This document shows positions 37,010 to 45,578 of a DNA stretch of 64,000 nt, in pieces. The stretch comes from Patescibacteria group bacterium (GTDB taxonomy: Bacteria > Patescibacteriota > Patescibacteriia > 2-01-FULL-39-33): NCBI GenBank assembly GCA_041650895.1, contig JBAZKF010000002.1, positions 7,967 to 71,966 of the forward strand. The letters are read 5' to 3'. A program made the position numbers and the translations under genes. The first letter of the stretch is position 1, and each line of letters starts with the position of its first letter. The notes under the pieces are model-generated. The model saw only the letters and a program-made list of their open reading frames with translations, did no database searches and was not told where the DNA came from.

Positions 37010-38161
37010 TTACTTACTTTTTACTATGCCACTCTCAGGTTCTTCAGCCGTGGCTGTAGTGATATCCTTTACGTCCCTTTTTACCGTTTCCTCCGTGAAC
37101 GAATCAGTAGCGGTCAATTTGATGTTATCAACTAGGGTTGCCGTTTGGCCGACCTGGCTTTGCCAAGGAATGATTTCCACTTCCAGCGAGGCGCCGACGA
37201 TAGAATAGAAACTGGTAGGTGCTGTTACGTGATCAAGGTGCCAAGTGACCATTCTGTTATTGGGATTATAGCTGATACCTTCTTCACTTAAGGCACTGGA
37301 ACGGCCGGTGAATCGGACATTGTCTGGCAAATGGCCGGTGACTAATAAATTTTTGACGTTATTATAGTTAGTGTTGGCGGTGAAGAAAATCCAATAGCTG
37401 GTTGCTGAGCCGACCAGAGGAGGGTTGGATCCGACGCCGAGCTGTTCCCCCTCAACTGATTGATAGCGGCTGAAGGCCTCCAGTTCAATATCGCTTCTAA
37501 TTTTTTGGATTGATTTATCGCTGACTACATCCTGTTCTTTAAGACTGTCTTCGGAGTAAAACAGTACTTCGGCGTAAGAAGCGACAATGGGTTGGGTTTG
37601 GTTGGCTGTTTGCTGAACAAAATTCTTGTTCAATGTAAAAGAGTAGGTGACCTCTTGTTCAGCGTTAGGTTTCAGTTCTATTAAAGCCGGAGCTTGTTCC
37701 GAAGTAAAGGTGAGTTTGTTTTCTCCGGAATAAAGTTCGCTGTCAATATGCAGATTGACAGTAATATTCTTGGCTGAGGCGCGTCCGATGTTTTTGACTT
37801 TAACGCGATAAATCAGCTTAGCGCCAGGGCTGACAACGTCGTCTCCGGTTTTCAAGGCGACTGCCAATTTCGGTTGAGAGAAAGCCGAGGTTAGAAAAGC
37901 TGAGATGTCGTTGGTATATTGAGGCGGATTGAGCCAGATATAGACATTAAAAACAGTAATAAGGATAACCGCCAGAACCAACAGGCTGTCAATGATAATA
38001 TGCCACAGCCAGTTGTTATTTTTTTGCGGGTGATAAAATTTATGGAATCTTTTTTTAGCCGGCATCAGGAAAATATTAAGCGTACCGATGGTAATTCGGG
38101 TTGCTGGGCGGGGTTTTTTTTCGACCGGCTTTGATTCAACTTTGATTATTTCTTCTGACAT
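37010..38161 (-). CDS. Membrane-anchored protein with DUF11/CARDB-like beta-sandwich domain
   Basis: N-terminal TM helix; KLIYRVKVKNIGRASAKNITVNLHIDS resembles the conserved-repeat (DUF11/CARDB) domain; 383 aa. Confidence 0.45.
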   Translation of the reverse strand: MSEEIIKVESKPVEKKPRPATRITIGTLNIFLMPAKKRFHKFYHPQKNNNWLWHIIIDSLLVLAVILITVFNVYIWLNPPQYTNDISAFLTSAFSQPKLAVALKTGDDVVSPGAKLIYRVKVKNIGRASAKNITVNLHIDSELYSGENKLTFTSEQAPALIELKPNAEQEVTYSFTLNKNFVQQTANQTQPIVASYAEVLFYSEDSLKEQDVVSDKSIQKIRSDIELEAFSRYQSVEGEQLGVGSNPPLVGSATSYWIFFTANTNYNNVKNLLVTGHLPDNVRFTGRSSALSEEGISYNPNNRMVTWHLDHVTAPTSFYSIVGASLEVEIIPWQSQVGQTATLVDNIKLTATDSFTEETVKRDVKDITTATAEEPESGIVKSK

Positions 38162-38162
38162 A

Positions 38163-41100
38163 TTATTTATTGGTCATGAATACATTAGTGGTTAAAGCGA
38201 TAATCTCGTCTAGGCCGTCGCCATCAACATCGGCTGCGGTTACTTTGACGCCGGTGCGTTTGTTTGCGTCAAAACCGAACCATTGGCTGATGATTTTATT
38301 ATTACTGTTCCAGATTCGGATATGTGGTCCGCCGGTCTGGCCGGCGCCGGTGATTATTTCATCCCGGCTGTCGCCGTTAATGTCCCCGGTTGCTACATTC
38401 ACCCCTCCTCGGAAATTATTGGCATAAGCGAAAAATTCTCTTTTCAGATTGCCGTTTAAATCGAACACTTTGACGTGAGGACCGCCGCCGAATCCGGCGC
38501 CGACAATAAGCTCGCTGCGGCCGTCGCCGTCAACATCGCCGGCCGCTACATTGGCACCTAAAGAAGGCCACCGGCTGCCGTAAGCATTGAAGGGCTTGCC
38601 CGCGTCGCTTAAATTCCAATCATAAAACTTAATCAGATTGGATCCGCCCTTTTCCGGGCTAACCGCTAGCCAGTATTTGTTGTCTTCCATTTTGACTGGT
38701 GCCAGGCTTAGACCGCCGACAAACCGATCGCCGTAAGGATAAATTGTCTTGACTCCTAAGCCGCGCTTGTCGTATAAAGTGATGGAATTCAGGCCCGCGA
38801 CTATAGTCTCTCTTTCACCGTCATTATTCAAATCCAGTTTGAGGATTTTGTTGCTACCTTTGAAATTATTGTCGTAGGAAAAAAAGCCATTGCGTTTGAC
38901 TTTGCCCTGGCCGTCAAAAATCCTGGCAAACGAACCATTGATATAAGTCGCATCCGTAATAGTGTTAAGCGGGCGCATCATGATTATACCATCGCCGGCA
39001 GCTAGAGTCAGGCGATTGATGATGGCGCCGTCATTAGTTAGTTTGTCTTGAGTGCCTCGCAGTTTTTCGTATTCACCGTCGAAATAAATCGTTTGCGGTT
39101 TGTCCGTGGAATTGACGACTACTGTACCGAATTCAAAATCCCTCTGCCAGACTCCAGCTTTCCACTGTTTGGAGTTCCGATCCAATAAGTTGTAAGGGTC
39201 GGAAACGGGCTGGCCTATTTGGGCGTCATACTCGTCATACCACCAGAGCTGTTCGCGCAGGTTGGTGCCGTAGCCGAAGGCGTAGTAACCGTCAAACATC
39301 AAAGACGAAGTCAGACCGTAGCGCATGGACTGGTAGTCATAGCGGTTGCCGGTGTTAGCCGTATTGGATTCAATTATATTCAGGCGCGGGGCATAGCCGT
39401 TATCATTAACTTCATTATAGCTCTTGAGTGATCCGGACCAACCGCCTTGCCAGTAGTCGGGAAAGGACTCAAACATTCGGCCATTGATCAGTTGGTGGTA
39501 GGCGCCGTCGCCGTTGCCGATAATCAAATATTGAGAGCCGAAACGGTCGCGTAATTTTTGAAAAAAATCGCGGTAGTAATTTTGCCATTGCCAGTCAATT
39601 TCTGCTGTCGGCCGCTGTCGGCCATTGTTGTCAATGTCAGTATTCTTATTGAACCAGGTCACATTTTGCCAGACGTTATCAAAGAATAAGCCGTCCCATA
39701 AACCAGTGGACAGGATCTTATTCTGATAAAAGTCGGCCAGGTAGTCGGCGTAGGTTTTGCCGGTTTCATCTTTGGTGCCTAGATTCATCATGACATTGCC
39801 CGGCCAGAAAACTATGCTGTCGCCGGATATGGTCTTAAGCCGCCAAGCTGATTTATTGCCTTGGGCCAGTTCATGCCATAAACCCGAACCGGAAGGTTCC
39901 ACTTGGTTTAATCGTTCCACCGGCATTTCATTAGCCGTAGTGTAAGCCAAAATAACCGCTTTGGGATTGAGTCGTTTGATTTCTTTGATGGCTGAAGCGC
40001 TATTGGTTTGCGCTTGCATATCCAGAACGATTATATCCCACTTGGCCAATTGTTTGGCGTCATCCAGAGTGATCGGATTTTTCCAATACAAATTAGCCAG
40101 ACGGGGATAATCATGCTGAGGCGTAATAAAAGCCCGGCTGCGATTTACATCAATGTAGTAAATCGGCCAAATAATCAGTAAAGCGCAAATAGCCAGGATT
40201 ATTGAGAGAGCAATTTTTTTGATTTTTCGTTTGGCGGCGCTGCCCGGTTTAATTAATTGATTATAAATCTCCTCTAATTGCTTGTAGTGTCTTTCCGGGG
40301 AGTACTCCTTGGCCTTGACTTGGCCCGCCTGTCCCAGTTTTCGGCGCAGTTTGTCGTCGCGTAAAAGCAAAGACATTTTTTCTTTGAGTTCGCCGATATC
40401 GGCTGCGGCAAATAATAAACCGGTTTGTCCGTCCTCTATTAGTTCCGGGATGGCGCCGACTTTGGAAGCGATAACAGCTTTCCCTAGCGCTAGTGATTCC
40501 AAGACGGTTAGCCCGAAAGTTTCATGGACGCGGGAAGCAAAGACCACGGCTAAAGAATTACCGATTAAGTCCAGCAGTTCCTGTCCTTGTTTAAAACCTA
40601 TCAGTTCAATGCGATTCTCCGCCTTGAATTCTTTAATTAGTCGGTGTAAATTTTCTTCTTCCGGGCCACTGCCGGCGATTTTCAGTTTTAAGCCGTTTTC
40701 CGGCAAAGCGGCAAAAGCGCGAATGATGTCATCCGTGCCCTTGCTTTCATCTAAGCGACCGAAACTAAAAAAATATTTTTCAGTATTTTTTTGAACACTA
40801 AAAGTGTTCAGTTTGATGAAGTGGGGGACGATAATTATTTTTTTCGCTTTGTAGCCGGCCTTAATCAGTTCATCCTTAACGAACTGTGAGGGGGCGATAA
40901 AAATATCGATACAATGGTTGTAAACTCCGATTGAGCGATGGAAAGCAAATTCCAGCTTTAATAGCCAGTCAATAATAAAAGAGTCTTTGTGTCGCTTTTT
41001 GATGCCGTCGGCGCGCAAGGTGTAGCCCGGGGTTACCAGTTTGAAATCATGTACAGTCATGACCGTAGGCAAACCGTATTCTTTGATGCCGGCCAAAACC

Positions 41101-41429
41101 GCCGGTGATAGTTGGTGATAGATATTGTGGATATGGGCTAATTCCGGTCGTTCTTTTTTGATTAGTTTTTTGATCTTATAGCGGGATAACGGAGACCAGA
41201 AAATCCTGAAAATCAATAAAAGGGCCTTAAAATTTAATCGGCCCAAATCCAGGTCAGTGACAAAGTATTTCTCCTGGTCGTTCTTGATGTTTTTAGAATT
41301 TTTTTGGGAAAAATAAATTACCTCATGGCCATGGGCCATCAGCAAATTAGATAGGGCGAAAAGGTAAGTCTCCGCTCCACCCTTGGGGTATAAGAATTTG
41401 TTGACTTGCAAGATTTTCATAATTGTCAT
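38163..41429 (-). CDS. Multidomain envelope protein: N-terminal GT4 glycosyltransferase, TM helix, glycoside-hydrolase-like TIM-barrel region, C-terminal FG-GAP/VCBS repeats
   Basis: GT4 motifs in the first ~400 aa (FGRLDESKG; E-x7-E region), TM helix LSIILAICALLIIWPIYYI, central region with WDIIVLDMQ / GLWDGLFFDN / IIGNGDGAYH, then three FG-GAP-like repeats (DVDGDGRSELIVGAGFGGGPHV; DINGDSRDEIITGAGQTGGPHI; DVDGDGLDEIIAL). Confidence 0.65.
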   Translation of the reverse strand: MTIMKILQVNKFLYPKGGAETYLFALSNLLMAHGHEVIYFSQKNSKNIKNDQEKYFVTDLDLGRLNFKALLLIFRIFWSPLSRYKIKKLIKKERPELAHIHNIYHQLSPAVLAGIKEYGLPTVMTVHDFKLVTPGYTLRADGIKKRHKDSFIIDWLLKLEFAFHRSIGVYNHCIDIFIAPSQFVKDELIKAGYKAKKIIIVPHFIKLNTFSVQKNTEKYFFSFGRLDESKGTDDIIRAFAALPENGLKLKIAGSGPEEENLHRLIKEFKAENRIELIGFKQGQELLDLIGNSLAVVFASRVHETFGLTVLESLALGKAVIASKVGAIPELIEDGQTGLLFAAADIGELKEKMSLLLRDDKLRRKLGQAGQVKAKEYSPERHYKQLEEIYNQLIKPGSAAKRKIKKIALSIILAICALLIIWPIYYIDVNRSRAFITPQHDYPRLANLYWKNPITLDDAKQLAKWDIIVLDMQAQTNSASAIKEIKRLNPKAVILAYTTANEMPVERLNQVEPSGSGLWHELAQGNKSAWRLKTISGDSIVFWPGNVMMNLGTKDETGKTYADYLADFYQNKILSTGLWDGLFFDNVWQNVTWFNKNTDIDNNGRQRPTAEIDWQWQNYYRDFFQKLRDRFGSQYLIIGNGDGAYHQLINGRMFESFPDYWQGGWSGSLKSYNEVNDNGYAPRLNIIESNTANTGNRYDYQSMRYGLTSSLMFDGYYAFGYGTNLREQLWWYDEYDAQIGQPVSDPYNLLDRNSKQWKAGVWQRDFEFGTVVVNSTDKPQTIYFDGEYEKLRGTQDKLTNDGAIINRLTLAAGDGIIMMRPLNTITDATYINGSFARIFDGQGKVKRNGFFSYDNNFKGSNKILKLDLNNDGERETIVAGLNSITLYDKRGLGVKTIYPYGDRFVGGLSLAPVKMEDNKYWLAVSPEKGGSNLIKFYDWNLSDAGKPFNAYGSRWPSLGANVAAGDVDGDGRSELIVGAGFGGGPHVKVFDLNGNLKREFFAYANNFRGGVNVATGDINGDSRDEIITGAGQTGGPHIRIWNSNNKIISQWFGFDANKRTGVKVTAADVDGDGLDEIIALTTNVFMTNK

Positions 41430-42928
41430 TGGGCGGTTTCTATTTGTGTTTGTTCGGGTTGTTTAACAGTTTTATTGATAATCGTCGCTGAACGCAATAG
41501 GCCTAGCAGTATCCAAAGCCAAATACCCATTAAATTAGTTTCTAAATACGGCTGGAAGCAGCTGGCAAACAGGAAGATCAAAATGGCAACAGCAACGCCC
41601 AAATAATAAGGAATCAAATCAAAGTTGGTGTAAGCCGGACGCCAGGCGGAAATGAAAACCGTCAGGATGAATAAGGCGAAAACAATCAGTCCCACCAAGC
41701 CCATTTGCACTATAATAGCCAGTGGCGAGTTATGGATATTTCTGATTTCTTCAAAATTCTGATAGTCGCCCGTATCAATCAAGATTGTATGGCCGAAACC
41801 GATACCCCAAATGGGGTTGGCTTGCCAAACTTGTTGGGCGTCTTTCCAGAGATCCAGTCGCCAGGAAGCGGAGGTGTCTTCGCTTAAGTCCCTCAATGAC
41901 AGTAACCGTTCACTAATATTGCGGACATTGCCGGCGGCAGTTTCCGTGGCCGGATTAAAGTAGGCAAGGTTAGCCGCTAAGACGGCGGCTAGGACTAGTG
42001 ATACGACTAGCAATCCGGCCTTGATCGCTTGGCGGGAAATGAATTTTTTGTTTTGATAGGGCATTAAAATGAATAAAGCGGCGATGCCGATAATCGCGGC
42101 CAGCCACAAATGGCGCATTAAAGAAACGATGATGCCCATGGACCATAAGGCGAAAACCAAGAGCCCCAACCACTGGTTGCGCAGGCGGTTAAAAGCTAAA
42201 AGTGGCACACCAATCATCATAGCAATCAATAAATAGAAAGCATGAGTGCCGGCCAAGTAGCGTACTCCGGCTGTGGACAGGGGAGTAAATTCAGTCCATA
42301 ATCCTGCACCGCGGACAAAACCGATCAACAGGAAGGCGATCAAAATAACACCATTAAGCATAATCAGTTGGCTGACTTGTTTTAATCTTTTGGGTGATTG
42401 CACCACTAAGACGGTAAAGAAATACAGCAGGGGATAAAAAAAGTAATTTTTGAAGGAGCTGAAAGCCACTTCAAATTTTGCGTTGATATCAAACAGGGAG
42501 CGGAAAAGATAAACCGCGACCAGTAGCATGAAGCAGGCCAGAAGGGTTTCCGGCCAGCCCCAGATAAACCGGCGTTTTTTTTGCAGGATAAAATGCCGAA
42601 CAGCTAAAGCGGCAAAAGACAGCACCATGACAATATCCAGTAAGTAGAATTTATAAATTTCGCGGTCAATGACTAGTCCGGTCAGAGTGAAGAAACGTTC
42701 AAATAGCATAGTCAGGGTGATAAGCAAACAAAAACCCAGAAAGTAATGATTAGGCAGGATAAAAAGCGCGGCGATGGCGGCAAACAGCAAATAAAACAAG
42801 GGCGAAGGACCGTAAGCGATGATCGCGATAATTAATGCGCCTAAATAAACGTACGCCAGAAGATTAATAGCTGATTTTCTGGCTTGCGAGTATTTGCCAA
42901 TTTGGTTTTTGATTTTGTTTTTAATCAT
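41426..42928 (-). CDS. O-antigen ligase/polymerase-like (Wzy/WaaL family) integral membrane protein
   Basis: 500 aa with ~12 TM helices and a larger loop in the C-terminal half, typical of Wzy_C proteins; 4-nt overlap with the downstream giant gene. Confidence 0.55.
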   Translation of the reverse strand: MIKNKIKNQIGKYSQARKSAINLLAYVYLGALIIAIIAYGPSPLFYLLFAAIAALFILPNHYFLGFCLLITLTMLFERFFTLTGLVIDREIYKFYLLDIVMVLSFAALAVRHFILQKKRRFIWGWPETLLACFMLLVAVYLFRSLFDINAKFEVAFSSFKNYFFYPLLYFFTVLVVQSPKRLKQVSQLIMLNGVILIAFLLIGFVRGAGLWTEFTPLSTAGVRYLAGTHAFYLLIAMMIGVPLLAFNRLRNQWLGLLVFALWSMGIIVSLMRHLWLAAIIGIAALFILMPYQNKKFISRQAIKAGLLVVSLVLAAVLAANLAYFNPATETAAGNVRNISERLLSLRDLSEDTSASWRLDLWKDAQQVWQANPIWGIGFGHTILIDTGDYQNFEEIRNIHNSPLAIIVQMGLVGLIVFALFILTVFISAWRPAYTNFDLIPYYLGVAVAILIFLFASCFQPYLETNLMGIWLWILLGLLRSATIINKTVKQPEQTQIETAQ

Positions 42929-42972
42929 AGTCCTGGCAAAAGGCCGCTTACCAAAAGTAAACGGCCTTGATC

Positions 42973-43785
42973 TTATAATTGATTATTGTTGTAGTAGTCC
43001 TTCAGCCATTCATTGCTGGTGGCGGGGGGAGTAAAAGAGTTTCCGGGCCGTTGCGGCAAATCGTTTTTTTGTTCCTTAGTCGGTTCTTCCCTAGCCGGTT
43101 CTATCGCCGGTAGTGATTGTCCGCTGTTAATCGGCTCGGTGGCGACAGGCGGGTAAAGATATTTTTTCTTGGGAGCAGATTCAAATAAGCGGTGGTTGGG
43201 AAAAATAACAATGAAAGTAAAACCTAAAAGCAAACCGACGATAACTCCCAGAGCAGAGTCCTCAATGATTTTGGTTAGAGACCAGCTTTCAAAAATAGCC
43301 GGCTGGTCAATCATTTTTATAGTAGCACGATCAGCGGAACCGTCATAGTTGCCGTGATTATTGATAATCACCATGGCAATAGCATTCGCTAGGGCATTGG
43401 TTTTCATTTTGTCATTGCCATAAACATCAATGACCATCATTCCCTTATTATCCAAAACCTTGGTTTTGACGGTTTTTTTCCATTGGCGCAAACGGCTTTC
43501 ACTGCCGTAACCCAGGTCGTCCTTGATGCCTGAAGAAGCATAGACTGTGCTGATGAAGGAATCGGAATAGACTACCTCACCCATGATGCCGGTGATGTAA
43601 TTGGCAGTTTTGCTGGCAGTGTAGGTATCAATATTGGCCTGATTAAAAACAGTCAACAATTTGAAAGTTGATTTGTATCTGGGGGTAGTCCAAACACTGA
43701 CAGAGAAGGCGATTAAGCCGGCCAGTATAGCTAGTAAACCGACGGTTAAGATGTTTTTTAGCTGAAAAAGCTTGTAATTAGACAT
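42973..43785 (-). CDS. Polysaccharide chain-length determinant (Wzz)-like protein
   Basis: N-terminal TM helix, extracytoplasmic domain, second TM helix near the C-terminus (GVIVGLLLGFTFIVIF), then a Pro-rich cytoplasmic tail: Wzz topology. Confidence 0.45.
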   Translation of the reverse strand: MSNYKLFQLKNILTVGLLAILAGLIAFSVSVWTTPRYKSTFKLLTVFNQANIDTYTASKTANYITGIMGEVVYSDSFISTVYASSGIKDDLGYGSESRLRQWKKTVKTKVLDNKGMMVIDVYGNDKMKTNALANAIAMVIINNHGNYDGSADRATIKMIDQPAIFESWSLTKIIEDSALGVIVGLLLGFTFIVIFPNHRLFESAPKKKYLYPPVATEPINSGQSLPAIEPAREEPTKEQKNDLPQRPGNSFTPPATSNEWLKDYYNNNQL

Positions 43786-43837
43786 AATTTTGCTAAAATT
43801 GGATAATTTTTGGTTATGGACTTTAGTTAATATATAA

Positions 43838-43865
43838 TTATATCACTTAGTTAATAATTTGTCAA
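43838..43865 (-). promoter_or_regulatory. Sigma70 promoter TTGACA-N16-TATAAT (minus strand) for the wzz-wzy-GT-FG-GAP operon
   Basis: Plus-strand attata (43838-43843) and tgtcaa (43860-43865); ~50 nt upstream of the wzz-like ATG at 43785. Confidence 0.45.
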
Positions 43866-43910
43866 TACCTATTGATTTTTAGTGATTGACAATGACAGAT
43901 TATTTATGTT

Positions 43911-43939
43911 TTGGCAACGTGGACTTTAAGCGCTATAAC
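43911..43939 (+). promoter_or_regulatory. Sigma70-like promoter TTGGCA-N17-TATAAC for the divergent small membrane protein gene
   Basis: TTGGCA 43911-43916, 17-nt spacer, TATAAC, then a second GCTATAAT box 5 nt later. Confidence 0.4.
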
Positions 43940-43997
43940 CGCTATAATTAAATTAGCACTTCTTGGGGATAATTTACATACCTTGATATTTTTTTGA

Positions 43998-44378
43998 ATG
44001 AATATCATCTTTTTGAAATTACGGCAATTAGTTGAAGAAAGCCCAGCCAAAAGAGATCGCCTGGTTTCTGGCGTATTCGTAGCGGCTGCGGTTTTTGATT
44101 TGCTGTCTTTGGCGGCCATACTTTTGTATTTCTGGCGTTTTAAGGAATTTGTAGTTCTGCAATATAATATTTATTTCGGCATCTCTTCTTTCGGTTCTTG
44201 GCAATATTTACTGTTTCTGCCTTTGTTGGGTTGGTTGATTTGTCTGGTGAATTTTTTGCTGGCGCTTAAAGTTTATCTGCGTGATCGGAAGCTGAGTTAT
44301 TTTTTGTCTTTTGCCGCTCTGGCTTCGTCCTTGATTATTGCCACTCAGATCGGACTGCTGGTTTATATGAATTTATAA
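43998..44378 (+). CDS. Hypothetical small membrane protein (4 TM)
   Basis: 126 aa, highly hydrophobic with four predicted TM helices. Confidence 0.4.
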   Translation: MNIIFLKLRQLVEESPAKRDRLVSGVFVAAAVFDLLSLAAILLYFWRFKEFVVLQYNIYFGISSFGSWQYLLFLPLLGWLICLVNFLLALKVYLRDRKLSYFLSFAALASSLIIATQIGLLVYMNL

Positions 44379-44413
44379 AATAATACTACTTAATATTTTA
44401 ATATTCGCCATTT

Positions 44414-44459
44414 CTGAATTTTTTGCTTCGCCCCTTACGGTCCTAAGGCAAAAATTCAG
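44414..44459. other. Nested stem-loop (12-bp outer stem CTGAATTTTTGC/GCAAAAATTCAG with inner CCTTA/TAAGG hairpin) upstream of mraY
   Basis: Perfect inverted repeat seen directly; no strong T-tract follows on either strand. Confidence 0.4.
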
Positions 44460-44483
44460 GAATCCATAATTTATTTATAAACT

Positions 44484-45536
44484 ATGAGTTTTGATTTCAT
44501 CGTTATTAAGATTTTTTCTCTGACTTTTATTTCTTTCGCCATGGCCATGGCTTGGACGCCGTTATTGACTCATTTCCTATATAAATACAAGTTGGGCAAA
44601 CAGATCAGAGATAGTTCCAAAGCGCCGATTTTTTCCGCGTTGCATCAGAAAAAATCCGGCACGCCGACGATGGGCGGAATTTTGGTCTGGGTAACAGTAT
44701 TGGTTTTGTCTTTGATAATTTTTTATCTGTCGTTATGGTTTGACAGTTTTTTTTCATTCTTGAATTTTTTAACCCGGCCGCAGACTCTTTTGCCTTTAGG
44801 GTGCTTAGTGTCAGCTGCTTTGGTGGGGTTGTTTGATGATTATTTAAATGTCAGGAAGATCGGTCCTTACGGTGGCGGGTTGTCGGTTAAGCATCGCTTG
44901 GCGGTTTATACCCTTATTGCTATGGCGGCTGCATTTTGGTTTTATTTTCGTCTTGATTGGGATTTGATCCGCGTGCCTTTCATGGGTAATTTTAATTTAG
45001 GTTGGTGGTTCATTCCTTTGGTCGTTTTTGTAATTGTCGGTACGGCGTTTTCGGTTAATGAGATTGATGGTCTGGATGGCCTGGCCGGCGGCACACTACT
45101 AATCGCTTATACGGCTTTCGGCGTTATTGCTTTTGCCCAGGGCAAGTATGACCTAGCGGCTTTCTGCGGTGTAATCGTCGGCGCTCTGACTGCTTTTCTG
45201 TGGTTTAACATTACGCCCGCCAGATTTTTTATGGGCGATACCGGCGCTATGTCGTTGGGCGTCACCTTGGCGGTGATTTCTATTTTGACTAAGTCCGTTT
45301 TGTTATTGCCGATCATCGGTTGTTTGTTTGTGATTGAAGCTTTGTCGGTAATCGTTCAAGTTTTGTCCAAGAGGTTACGAGGTAAGAAGGTGTTCTTGTC
45401 CACACCTATTCATCATCATTTTGAAGCTAAGGGCTGGCCGGAAGCCAAGGTAGTTATGAGGTTCTGGGTAGTCTCTGGCGTTTTTGCTATTATCGGATTG
45501 GTTTTATTCTTGTTGGATAAAGGCGCGTGGCACTAG
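44484..45536 (+). CDS. mraY: Phospho-N-acetylmuramoyl-pentapeptide transferase MraY
   Basis: Multi-TM GT4-family enzyme with the NEIDGLDGLAGG motif; first gene of a mraY-murD-ftsW-murG-murC-murB block. Confidence 0.85.
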   Translation: MSFDFIVIKIFSLTFISFAMAMAWTPLLTHFLYKYKLGKQIRDSSKAPIFSALHQKKSGTPTMGGILVWVTVLVLSLIIFYLSLWFDSFFSFLNFLTRPQTLLPLGCLVSAALVGLFDDYLNVRKIGPYGGGLSVKHRLAVYTLIAMAAAFWFYFRLDWDLIRVPFMGNFNLGWWFIPLVVFVIVGTAFSVNEIDGLDGLAGGTLLIAYTAFGVIAFAQGKYDLAAFCGVIVGALTAFLWFNITPARFFMGDTGAMSLGVTLAVISILTKSVLLLPIIGCLFVIEALSVIVQVLSKRLRGKKVFLSTPIHHHFEAKGWPEAKVVMRFWVVSGVFAIIGLVLFLLDKGAWH

Positions 45537-45578
45537 GTGTTACAATTGCTTTACGAAGGATCATCACTATAATTTATA

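Noticed and set aside
43886-43914. Plus-strand TTGACA at 43886 as an independent promoter
   Set aside because: There is no -10 hexamer at the proper spacing (ttttgg). It is interpreted instead as the mirror half of a dyad overlapping the wzz promoter.
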